A DNA stretch of 59,639 bases from an uncultured Oscillospiraceae bacterium (GTDB lineage: Bacteria > Bacillota > Clostridia > Oscillospirales > Oscillospiraceae). The notes under the pieces are model-generated. The model saw only the letters and a list, made by a program, of their open reading frames with translations. It had not been told where the DNA came from and made no database searches. Position numbers and translations under genes: made by a program. Shown in pieces: positions 1 to 8,646 of this stretch; positions within the stretch are counted from its first letter, which is position 1; each line of letters starts with the position of its first letter. The stretch covers positions 1 through 59,639 of the forward strand of contig CANQKZ010000001.1 in assembly GCA_947624585.1 (NCBI GenBank), given 5' to 3'.

Positions 1-71
1 GGCCACGGGCCGCCCGTCTGGGGCTTGCGTGGGGAACCGTGACACGGGGCCACGGGCCGCCCGTCTGGGGC
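1..71. repeat. Tandem 47-bp direct repeat, about 1.5 copies, truncated by the window edge
   Basis: GGCCACGGGCCGCCCGTCTGGGGC occurs at 1-24 and again at 48-71. The longer unit CGTGGGGAACCGTGACACGGGGCCACGGGCCGCCCGTCTGGGG spans 28-70. Confidence 0.85.
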
Positions 72-76
72 TATCC

Positions 77-109
77 AAAAAGAAACGGCCCCGCCAAAAA
101 GGCGGGGCC
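77..109 (-). terminator. Rho-independent terminator of the minus-strand gene 126..1433
   Basis: Stem GGCCCCGCC (87-95), loop AAAAA, stem GGCGGGGCC (101-109). On the minus strand the hairpin is followed by GTTTCTTTTT (plus 77-86), directly after the CDS end at 126. Confidence 0.8.
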
Positions 110-125
110 ATAATTGTGTATTATT

Positions 126-1433
126 TTACTTGAATTTTTCAACAGTTTCCATATCCGTGTATATCCAGATATAACCGCCGGCCGTTAACCTTTGTCCCCT
201 AGCACATTGGGAAATATTAGAAAAGTTTATGCTTGTTTTCTTGCTTGCCGTGCGTGCGGACTCATACGCCCCGATGCAAGGCCCTATTGAATATGTACCG
301 TCGTTTTTCCGCTCAAAAGTGTATTGTGCAACAGGTTTTGCCGTTTCTGTAGATTGTTTTACCGCCGTTTCCGTATCCGTCCACCCGTACGGGGGCTTGT
401 ATCCGGCATTTACCCATTTTTCCATAATTTGACGCAATACGCGCCGGACGTTTGCCACGTCTATGCCCATTGTTTCCGCTATATCCAACGTGCCCATTCC
501 TTGCATGCGATACTTTAACACGTATTGTTGGCGAACGGTCAAGTTTAAATCCGATACCATTCTAGCAAGCTTTCTGGCCGTCTGCCTATTAGCCGTACAT
601 GTTTTAAGGCCGTACCCGTACCCGTCCGGACCGCCGGGAATATTGCCGTGCGTAGTATCGCAAGCATAACCGGCGATATCCATACACTTTCCTAGGCGAA
701 AGTAAATTTCATCCATTTTATCCGCTGTAAATTCGCTTATATAGGAATATTCGCTTAAATTTGCTTTGATGGATGAAGATTCGGATACACGGCGACGTAC
801 GGCCTTGAATGCCTCTTGAATGGGGGTTGATTCAACGGATATGTATTCCGGTTTTTCGTCGAAAGACGTATATACACGTTTTTTAAGCTTTCGGACCGTG
901 ATTTTTACGTCTAGCCAGTTTTCCGGACCGGCATATTTTGACGCAAGCCCCAGCAAGGCCGCTACGGCCTCTTGCGACAGGTCCACGCCGTCAGAAAGTG
1001 TTTCCCGCTCAAGCCGTTTTGCGTTTTCGTCCGCCTGTTTGTTTACCACTTCAATTTTGATATCGCCGTCACTGTCAATTGTCCAGTTTGTTGCGGCGTT
1101 ACTTGCGTCACGCAATCCGTTTAAGGCGGCCCTATCGGATTTTAAGCCCCGCATTAATTCCACTATGGCCGGATTAAATCCGTTATCGGATACGCCGCCC
1201 TTTTGACTGGCCGTTTTGACGTTTTGTCCCGCCGTTTTGCGCTGCGGGTCGTTAACTTTTGCCATAACGCTATTGGCAATCGCATCCGCAAGGGCTTGAA
1301 TTTCTGAGGCGTAGTCCGCGCCGCTTGCAAAGGCTTTTTCAAAATCACGCTTGAGACTGTCAAAAGTGATTTTTCCCTTGCCTTTTTCGGCGTTTTGTGG
1401 TACATTGTTAGCGGACTTGTTAGGGTTTAACAT
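126..1433 (-). CDS. Putative transcription regulator with a sigma-70 region-4-like HTH and a C-terminal NUMOD1/IENR-like DNA-binding tail
   Basis: 435-aa ORF and the only convincing minus-strand gene. LTVRQQYVLKYRMQGMGTLDIAETMGIDVANVRRVLRQI resembles sigma region 4.2. The C-terminus ...SINFSNISQCARGQRLTAGGYIWIY resembles the DNA-binding tail of phage homing-endonuclease and regulator proteins. It has its own promoter and terminator and visibly lower GC than the rest. Confidence 0.65.
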   Translation of the reverse strand: MLNPNKSANNVPQNAEKGKGKITFDSLKRDFEKAFASGADYASEIQALADAIANSVMAKVNDPQRKTAGQNVKTASQKGGVSDNGFNPAIVELMRGLKSDRAALNGLRDASNAATNWTIDSDGDIKIEVVNKQADENAKRLERETLSDGVDLSQEAVAALLGLASKYAGPENWLDVKITVRKLKKRVYTSFDEKPEYISVESTPIQEAFKAVRRRVSESSSIKANLSEYSYISEFTADKMDEIYFRLGKCMDIAGYACDTTHGNIPGGPDGYGYGLKTCTANRQTARKLARMVSDLNLTVRQQYVLKYRMQGMGTLDIAETMGIDVANVRRVLRQIMEKWVNAGYKPPYGWTDTETAVKQSTETAKPVAQYTFERKNDGTYSIGPCIGAYESARTASKKTSINFSNISQCARGQRLTAGGYIWIYTDMETVEKFK

Positions 1434-1608
1434 GGTTTTTCCCTTCCCGGCAAGTCTAGCGGGTATTTGCGGGTCTGGAAACTTAGCAAATATCCGCTTT
1501 TTTCTTGCCTTTACACCATTTAAATGCCGGGTGTAAACGGCAAAATATCAATTGAAAAGGTACTTTGTGCGGGGGAAATTGGATACTTTCGCTTGTGAAA
1601 GTATAAAC

Positions 1609-1637
1609 ATTGTACACCCGTTGACGTATGTTGTCAA
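1609..1637 (-). promoter_or_regulatory. Sigma-A-type promoter for gene 126..1433
   Basis: The minus strand reads TTGACA (plus 1632-1637), a 17-nt spacer, then TACAAT (plus 1609-1614). It lies about 170 nt upstream of the start codon at 1433. Confidence 0.7.
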
Positions 1638-1676
1638 GGATATTTTTTAGATTTTATGAAAAATTATTTTAACGTC

Positions 1677-1725
1677 CGTGGGGACCGTGACACGGGGCCA
1701 CGGGCGGGCGGATACGTCTGGGGGA
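1677..1725. repeat. Diverged third copy of the 47-bp repeat seen at 1-71
   Basis: CGTGGGGACCGTGACACGGGGCCACGGGCGGGCGGATACGTCTGGGGG matches 28-70 apart from the central GC block. The two loci bracket the sigma-like gene. Confidence 0.75.
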
Positions 1726-2063
1726 AATGGGGGGGATACGGGGCGGGGGTTACTTGACCTTTTGACGCAATAGCAAGTATGGGGGGCGGTTTTGGTTTTT
1801 GGGGGGCTTGTGAGCGCCCCAGACAGAGGATGTCGGTTCATCTGACTGACACGGGAATATTTTTGCCAATTGCCTGCGAATGCTTTGGAAACAGGAGAGA
1901 AATACCTGAAAAGTTATCTAAAATGACATTGGGACGGAGAGGAATGTTTTGGTTTATGGGAAAAATGAAGCGTGAGAAGAAAAGAAGAAAATGCTTTAAT
2001 TGAAGGGATGTGGCTTGAGAAAGCTGTCCAACAGAAAAATTGGATAACGACTAGGAAAATGCC

Positions 2064-2092
2064 TTGAGAGGATAACTTCGATTTGGTATAAT
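2064..2092 (+). promoter_or_regulatory. Sigma-A-type promoter with extended -10, driving the rightward early genes
   Basis: TTGAGA (2064-2069), 17-nt spacer, TATAAT (2087-2092), preceded by TGg (extended -10). It is divergent from the minus-strand promoter. Confidence 0.6.
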
Positions 2093-2099
2093 AACGTCA

Positions 2100-2135
2100 G
2101 TGGTCAAGGAAATTATATTGACCCGGAAAGGCGAT
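2100..2135 (+). promoter_or_regulatory. Conserved ~35-nt leader element, copy 1 of 2
   Basis: GGTCAAGGAAATTATATTGACCCGGAAAGGCGATG is repeated as TATCAAGGAAATTATATTTACCCAAAAGGGAGGCGATG at 4779-4816. Both copies sit just upstream of early genes. Confidence 0.5.
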
Positions 2136-2143
2136 GTGAACAG

Positions 2144-2980
2144 ATGGCGATCATTCGGGTGGACTTCAATAAGGTCAGGGAAGAGAGAGCGGGGAGGGGC
2201 GAGGTCATTGACCTTGACGCTGTGCGCAGGAGCGGGAGGATGCTGAGGGAGGGGCTCATTGCTCCGGCTTGCGAGGAGACGGAGAGGGAGCTTGCCGGGG
2301 AGCACGCGGCCGAGCCCATCAAGAGCCTGGAGGATATAGATAAGGTATCCAGGTATCTGAGGGGTCAGGGGCGGTGGAGAGACAATATGCTCTTTATCGT
2401 GGGGATCAACTTTGGGCTGAGGGTGAGTGATCTGCTGTCGCTAAGGTTTGCGGATCTTATCAACGAGGACTTCGCCTTTCGGGAGAGGTTCCCCATCTTT
2501 GAGAAGAAGACGAGGAACACCAGAAAGGTGAAGAAGAACCGATACGTTACCGTCAACAGGGCGGTCATCGAAGCGGTGACGGAGTTTCTGGAGCATACGC
2601 CGGGTGTGAAGCTTTCGGACTATATGTTCAGGAGCCAGTCCAACAACAGCAAGGGAGCCAATAAACCCATGAGCCGGCAGGCGGCGGATGAGATGCTCAA
2701 GGGGGTGGCCCGTGAGCTGGGGCTTGGAAACAAGATGGCGACCCACTCTTTGAGGAAGACCTTTGCCTATCACCAGATGGTGATGAGCGGGAACGACCCG
2801 AGGAAGCTGCTCCTTCTCCAGAAGATGTTCGGCCACTCCTCCGCCGCTCAGACGCTGGACTATATCGGCATTACGGGGGAAGAGATCGACGAGGCATATA
2901 GGAGGCTGAACCTGGGGAGCCGGAGGTATAACTATCTGGTGGACGGACGTATCGAGGAGTGCGACGCCATGCTGGGGTGA
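2144..2980 (+). CDS. Tyrosine recombinase (phage integrase family), short form
   Basis: 278 aa. Catalytic-domain motifs GLRVSDLLSLRF (Arg I), HSLRKTFAYH (His-x-x-Arg) and GHSSAAQTLDYIG (His/Tyr nucleophile region). Confidence 0.85.
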   Translation: MAIIRVDFNKVREERAGRGEVIDLDAVRRSGRMLREGLIAPACEETERELAGEHAAEPIKSLEDIDKVSRYLRGQGRWRDNMLFIVGINFGLRVSDLLSLRFADLINEDFAFRERFPIFEKKTRNTRKVKKNRYVTVNRAVIEAVTEFLEHTPGVKLSDYMFRSQSNNSKGANKPMSRQAADEMLKGVARELGLGNKMATHSLRKTFAYHQMVMSGNDPRKLLLLQKMFGHSSAAQTLDYIGITGEEIDEAYRRLNLGSRRYNYLVDGRIEECDAMLG

Positions 2981-3211
2981 AAGGAGCGTTTTCTGCAAAC
3001 TGAACGCCCCAATTTGCAGAAATATTTTGAGAGCCCCTGCGGCTCTAGGCGTTTCAGCCACGTTCCCTTAAATAATATATATATAGAAAAAACCATGGTT
3101 TGAAAGCTAAGGCCAATGAATACCAAAGCTCTTTGTTTACCTACCATCCTGAACGCCGGAATTTGCAGAAATGTCGGGATGTGACCAAAAAAGGAGGGAA
3201 CATTTGTTCAT

Positions 3212-4573
3212 TTGGGTAAGGAGATCACTATCGTGGACGCCCGGATGGGGAGGGGGAAGTCCTCCGCCGCCATCCGGTACATGAACGAGAACAAGGGTAA
3301 GAAGCGGTTCCTTTATATCACGCCGTACCTGAAGGAGGTGGATCGGATCTGTGAGCAGTGTGATTTTGAACAGCCGGAGGCGGACCGGGCCAGTAATACT
3401 AATATCTAATTAAAATAAGACATTTGCGACGGTCTTTTTCGCGTCATGCTGCGTCAGCCGCCTTGGGAATACATACAGTATTCCCTGCGGCGTCTTCCTT
3501 GCCTGACACGAAAAATCCTCGCCGCTCGGTGTCTCCTTTTAAATAGATATTAGTATAAGTCCGCGGAGCTCAAGGCGTACTTAGGCCGCGGTCAGAACGT
3601 CGCCGCCACCCACGCCCTTTTCTATCTGCTGGACGATGAGGCGCTGGAGCTTGTGCGAAGCCGCCGGTATTCCCTGATCGTGGACGAGAGCATCAGCGCC
3701 GCGGAGAGGCTGCTGACGACCCACAGCGACTTTGAGATCGTCACGGAACAGCTGACCACGGAGGGGCAGAACGGGAAGCTCCGATGGCGCGACCCGGAGT
3801 ATTCCGGGGCGTTCGTCCGGATCAAGGAGGCCGCGGACGCCGGGGCCCTGTTCCGGGTCGGCGCCTCCCTCATTAAAATGCTGGACCCGGAAATCTTCCG
3901 CGCCTTTGACGAGGTGACTATGCTTACGTACCTCTTTAACGGACAGTACCAGAAGGGGTATCTGGACTGCCACGGCTTCCAATACCGCGTGGTGGGCATC
4001 GAGCATGACGAGCGCGGGGCGCGGTTCTCGGACAAGCCGGACGAACCGGAGCCGGTGGACTTCGGAGAGCTTATCCGCATTGTGGATGCCCCGCGGATGA
4101 ACGCCCCCGGCAACGGGCGGCTGGCGCTTTCCAAGGGGTGGTACTCGCGCCACGGGTATTCCAGCAAGGAGATCACGGCGCTGCGTAGTGGGATGCGCAA
4201 CTTTTTCCAGGACATCACGAAGAGCACGAAGGACGACCGGTTGTGGACGTGCTTTAAGGACCATCAGCAAAAGCTGGTGGACAGGAAGACAGGGCGGTAC
4301 CGGCGGGACTTCCTGCAATCCAACGCCAGGGCGACCAACGAATACCGCCATAAGACCAATATCGCCTATATGGTGAACCGGTTCGTGGACCCGAATCTGG
4401 AGTATCTGTTTGCCAGCCGTGGGCGCGCCGTCGATGAGGACCTCTTTGCCCTGTCGGAAATGCTTCAGTGGATCTGGCGGAGCGCCATTCGGGTGGGGGA
4501 GCCCATCAACCTGTATATACCGTCCAGCCGCATGAGGAAGCTTCTCACGGATTGGATCGAACAAAATACATAA
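3212..4573 (+). pseudogene. P-loop NTPase / helicase-like gene split by a 167-nt palindromic insertion
   Basis: The N-terminal ORF 3212-3409 carries Walker A (GRGKSS). The frame re-opens at 3554 and continues to 4573 with a Walker B / DExx-like SLIVDES. Both parts are in the same frame (position mod 3 = 2). The insertion supplies the stops TAA at 3407 and TAG at 3551. Confidence 0.75.
3393..3559. mobile_element. MITE-like palindromic element, copy A, inside the NTPase gene
   Basis: 167-nt block about 90% identical to 53893-54060. It has AT-rich imperfect terminal inverted repeats (TAATACTAATATCTAATTAAAA ... TTTTAAATAGATATTAGTATA). The GC-rich interior folds as one long hairpin with apex GGGAATAC-ATACA-GTATTCCC. 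Confidence 0.8.
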
Positions 4574-4583
4574 AAGGAGAAAA

Positions 4584-4769
4584 ATGAATATGGATCAACA
4601 CTCGTGCAGTCGGTGCATTTACGCGGCGGAGTGCCTACGGGGACGCGCCTGCGGCTACTACACGCCGGAGGATGAGGGCGAGCTGGAGGAGGAGTACGCG
4701 GAGAGCGGGCGGGAGGAATACCGGCGCGCCTGGGAGGAGTACATGGAGGAGGCCGGCGGGCGCTGTTGA
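4584..4769 (+). CDS. Small hypothetical protein, Cys-rich N-terminus and acidic C-terminus
   Basis: 61-aa ORF with RBS AAAAGGAG 6 nt upstream of the ATG. It fits the gap between neighbouring + strand genes. Confidence 0.5.
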   Translation: MNMDQHSCSRCIYAAECLRGRACGYYTPEDEGELEEEYAESGREEYRRAWEEYMEEAGGRC

Positions 4770-4778
4770 GCTTTAGGT

Positions 4779-4816
4779 TATCAAGGAAATTATATTTACC
4801 CAAAAGGGAGGCGATG
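4779..4816 (+). promoter_or_regulatory. Conserved ~35-nt leader element, copy 2 of 2
   Basis: See 2100-2135. It lies about 80 nt upstream of the TTG start of the RNA polymerase-like gene. Confidence 0.5.
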
Positions 4817-4895
4817 GACTCTGGCCAGACAAGCGTCATGTCAAAAATACATCTTCAAGATACACTCGGGGCGTCTGAGAAAGGCCCGGTGGCGG

Positions 4896-6725
4896 TTGAC
4901 TTTGCCGCTGGCGGAGGCGCGGAGGAACGATGAGGTCATATCCTTAGCGGACAGCCAGGTACTGCGGTGGCTGGATGAGCTGAACGGCGTGGAGGACGCG
5001 GAGAGGCGGGCTCGGGAGCTGAAGGCGGAGATCCGAAGGCTCCGCAGGGAGCCGAACAGCGTTCAGAACAGGAGGCGGGCGAGGGCGCTGTATGCCATGC
5101 TGGACGAGGTGCAGTTCAAGCCGGACTATGTGTGCGTCATCGTCGACAAGGAGAAGGATTACCGGCGGGCCTGCCGGGGGTTCAGCATCAACGGCATGAG
5201 GTTCGAGCGGCTCCTTGGGACTAACGGGGGCGTCAAGAACGAGACCATCGTCTTCGTGAGCGCCAGACGCGCCGGGGAGCTCCGGCGGCGGATAGACAAC
5301 GGGCGAGACCAGGAGATGAAGCTGGTGCCGGCGAAGCTGGAGGCGTACAAGGCGCTGACGTGCAGCGCGTCCGACCCGGTGTCCATGCCGCGGGGCGTGC
5401 TGGTGGTGAAGGACTGCGAGACGAAATTTTTCTCGGACGTCATTTTTCTCAGCGACGAGGACGGCGGGGAGCCGCGGATGGAGGTCCGAAGCGGGACGGA
5501 GATCGAGCTTGACGAGTCCGACGGGTACGGGCTGATGCTCCCGGCTCTGGCGGAACGGTGGTCTGAGGAGCTGGGGCTCGATTATCTCGTCTCCGGCGTC
5601 AACACCAGGTTCAGCTGGGAAAAGGGGATGGTCTTTACCTTTGATTTCCTGGACTTCGCGGAGAAGAAGGCGGGGACGTATACGGTCCGGGACGCCTGGG
5701 GGGACGAGGTGGATATCCGGAACGTGGAGCTCATCCTGACCACGTCCATGGTGAAGCTCTGGGACAGCTACAAAAGCTGTGAGGAATACCTGAAAAACAG
5801 CATGGAGAACGGGTACACCTTTGGGATAGCCAAGACGTGCCCTCGGGAGCTGGAGAGCCAGAGAACGCTGAACTACCAGTTTATCCAAAGCTACGACCTG
5901 ACGGACGAGGATATCGAGAAGCTGATCGAACCGACGGTGCGGGAGATACGGGACGTGCTGTGCGACGATGCAGACAAGACGGTGCTCTTTTTGAAGGGGA
6001 TGGGCCTACACGAGAGAAGCGCCGCCGGGTGCGAGAACGACTTTGCCAAGGCGCTGATGATCGAGCCGGAGATGCTGGACGACCCGTTCGTGCAGGGGAA
6101 GATCTACCAGGCTATACGCAACAGGATCAATGAGGCGAAGGTGGGCGTTCTCAACGTACACGGGAATTACTCCATCGTGGGCGGGGACCCCTACGCGCTG
6201 TGCCAGCACATCTTTGGCCTGGAGGTGACGGGGCTTTTGAAGGCGGGGGAGATCTACAGCCGGTACTGGTCCGACGCCGGGGCGGAGAGGCTGGCGTGCT
6301 TCCGGGCGCCCATGACCTGCCACAACAACATCCGGCTCGTCCGGCCCCACAGGAGCTGGGAGGCGGACTACTGGTACCGGTATCTGACGGCGTGTACGCT
6401 GTTCAACGCCTGGGATACGGCGGCACACGCCCTCAACGGAATGGATAAAGATGGAGATTTGGTTATGCTCACGGACAATGAAGTGTTGGTGGAGAGGCTC
6501 CGGCCTATGCCGGCGCTGATGTGCGTACAGCGTAAGGCGGAGAAGAGGCTCGTCACGGAGGCGGACGCCATCCAGGCCAACATCGACAGCTTCGGGGACG
6601 ACATCGGGAAGACCACCAACTGGGTCACCTCCATGTTCGAGGTGCAGGCGCGCTATCCCAAGGACAGCGAGGAATACCGGGTGCTGGACTACAGGATCAA
6701 GTGCGGGCAGCTGTACCAACAGAAT
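4896..6725 (+). CDS. YonO-like single-subunit two-barrel RNA polymerase, exon 1
   Basis: RLACFRAPMTCHNNIRLVRP parallels the beta-prime motif NRAPTLH. About 45 aa further on, NGMDKDGDLVML carries the DxDGD metal-binding signature of double-psi beta-barrel RNAPs and RdRPs. The ORF ends in the stop (6735) that follows the proposed intron start. The TTG start is uncertain. Confidence 0.6.
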
Positions 6726-7803
6726 AACCGGGCTTAACCGGTGTGTTCACGTTCACAGTAATGTGATCGAAAAGAGATCCACTGAATTGCTGGAAAACCC
6801 TAAAGCCGTGCGGGCTACAACGCAGGAATGAAAAATCCAAACGTGATGGCGGCGAAAGCGGAAAAAACAGCACGGATGGCGCATGGTCAAATCCTAAACG
6901 CCTTAAAAATGGGCAATCAGCAGCCAAGCCCCGAATAGGGGAAGGTTCAACGACTATCCCGTATGGGAGTAGGGCGCAAGCGATTGGCGCCCGAAGTGGT
7001 GGACGCCACGATACCGTGGCGAAGATATAGTCTGAGCGTTGGCCGAAAGGCCAAGAAGTTACCTGCGAAGGAGCAGCGTCCTAATATGCTTGGCGGCATA
7101 GATCATGAACGAAGGAGGTGATAGATATGCCAGCAAAGAACTTGACCTGGAAAAGGTTTGGCAGGCTTACGGTCTTATATCGGTGCGAAGACAACGTCAC
7201 GCCGTCCGGTTATAAGACACCTATGTGGATGTGTCTGTGCGACTGCGGCAACAAGGTCGCTGTCCGCGGAAAGAGCCTGACCGGAGGCGTGACCAGGTCG
7301 TGTGGATGCCTTGCGAAAGAGTTAATGTCTGAGAGGAAGCGCGTGCATGGCGGCTTTGGTACGAGGCTGTATGCCGTATGGGACAGTATGCGCCAGCGGT
7401 GCAATAATCCAAATCATTATGCCTATGCCAATTATGGAGGACGTGGAATTTCCGTTTGTAGGGAATGGGATGATTACTCCGCTTTTCGCCGTTGGGCGTT
7501 GTCATCCGGGTATGATGACGGCGCGGGGCGTGGTGAATGCACGTTGGATCGTGTGGATACAAACGGCGACTATCGCCCGGATAATTGCAGATGGGTGAAT
7601 ATGCGGGCACAGACGAACAACAGGAGGGAGACAATCTTCCTAACCTACGAAGGTCAAACCCTGCCGTTATCAGAGTGGGCTGATATAACCGGGATCAAGT
7701 ACCCCACCCTTTGGCAAAGATATAAGCGAGGATGGCCCATAGATAAGGTACTCCTGAGGCCGTAAAAATAACCGCCAAGCAAATGAATCGCAGAACATAA
7801 CTG
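6726..7803 (+). mobile_element. Group I intron (T4 td-like core) carrying a homing-endonuclease ORF
   Basis: Core elements ACGACTATCCC..GGGAGTAGGG..GAAGATATAGTCTG (6951-7034) match the conserved P7/P3/P8 core of phage group I introns. A 50-nt block at 6911-6960 is identical to the terL intron. The proposed 5' splice site follows U6725 (GAAU pairs with GUUC 6745-6748, U.G at the site). The proposed 3' end is G7803. Splicing joins ..LYQQN|AIDKAKG.. in frame. An alternative 5' site is 6734/6735. Confidence 0.75.
7127..7765 (+). CDS. Intron-encoded HNH-like homing endonuclease candidate
   Basis: RBS GAAGGAGG precedes the ATG at 7127. It has a Cys cluster (CLCDCG..SCGC), then YGGRGISVCREW and LDRVDTNGDYRPDNCRWVNMRAQTNN (HNH_3-like). 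It is a paralogue of 15408-15926. Confidence 0.7.
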   Translation: MPAKNLTWKRFGRLTVLYRCEDNVTPSGYKTPMWMCLCDCGNKVAVRGKSLTGGVTRSCGCLAKELMSERKRVHGGFGTRLYAVWDSMRQRCNNPNHYAYANYGGRGISVCREWDDYSAFRRWALSSGYDDGAGRGECTLDRVDTNGDYRPDNCRWVNMRAQTNNRRETIFLTYEGQTLPLSEWADITGIKYPTLWQRYKRGWPIDKVLLRP

Positions 7804-8646
7804 GCAATAGACAAAGCGAAAGGAATTATTTGTAAGCCGATGCCGAGGGAGTGGCATGACAGGCACGCGGCGAATGTGATCGAGGAGCCGGAGAAGAGGA
7901 GGCTTTATCAGAGGACGGCGGTGGATAAGAAGCCGTACTTTATGCGGGTCATCTACCCGGCGCTTATGAATCAGTACAACACATACATAAAAAACACGAA
8001 TAAGAACGCCATGCGGGAGTTCGGAATGACGGTGGAGGAGCTCAAGGCCGTCCCGGAGGCGGAGAGGACCGAGAGGCAAAGGGATTTTCTGCGGTACTTC
8101 GACCGGAGTATGCCGGTGGGAGTGAGCGACTGCGTGATGAACCGCATCTGCCGGAGGATCGAGGCGGAGTTCGACGGGTACATCGGGCGGCATAACGCCT
8201 CAACGGCGTTTGACTACACCATCATGAAAAGCGGCGCGGAGTACAGCCGGGGACAGCTGGACGCCATTGTGAAGCTCTATGAGAACTACTGCCAGCGCCT
8301 GCGGAGCTTCGCCGTTTTCACAAGCTACGAGCGGGTGGACGAGTACGACTCCTTTGCCAGGATGCAGGAGATGCGCCAGGAGTTTGTGTCGGAGTGTACG
8401 AAGATCTGCCCGGACAGGAGGGCCCTTTGCGACATCGTCCTGGACATCTGCTACCGCCGGAACGGGACGAAGCGTTTTGCCTGGGAGATGTGCGGGGACG
8501 AGATCATAGAAAATCTTCTGGAGAGGCACGGCGGGGAGCTGACCTTCCCGGAGCCGGACCCGGAGGGGGACATTGTCTTTGCCGGGGAGAGGTTCACCAG
8601 AAAGACCATCAGGATCGGAGGAGAGAATGAGTATAGAGCTGAATGA
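7804..8646 (+). CDS. YonO-like RNA polymerase, exon 2
   Basis: The frame is open from 7801. It continues exon 1 after removal of the intron, and the two exons together give about 890 aa. Confidence 0.6.
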   Translation, partial: AIDKAKGIICKPMPREWHDRHAANVIEEPEKRRLYQRTAVDKKPYFMRVIYPALMNQYNTYIKNTNKNAMREFGMTVEELKAVPEAERTERQRDFLRYFDRSMPVGVSDCVMNRICRRIEAEFDGYIGRHNASTAFDYTIMKSGAEYSRGQLDAIVKLYENYCQRLRSFAVFTSYERVDEYDSFARMQEMRQEFVSECTKICPDRRALCDIVLDICYRRNGTKRFAWEMCGDEIIENLLERHGGELTFPEPDPEGDIVFAGERFTRKTIRIGGENEYRAE

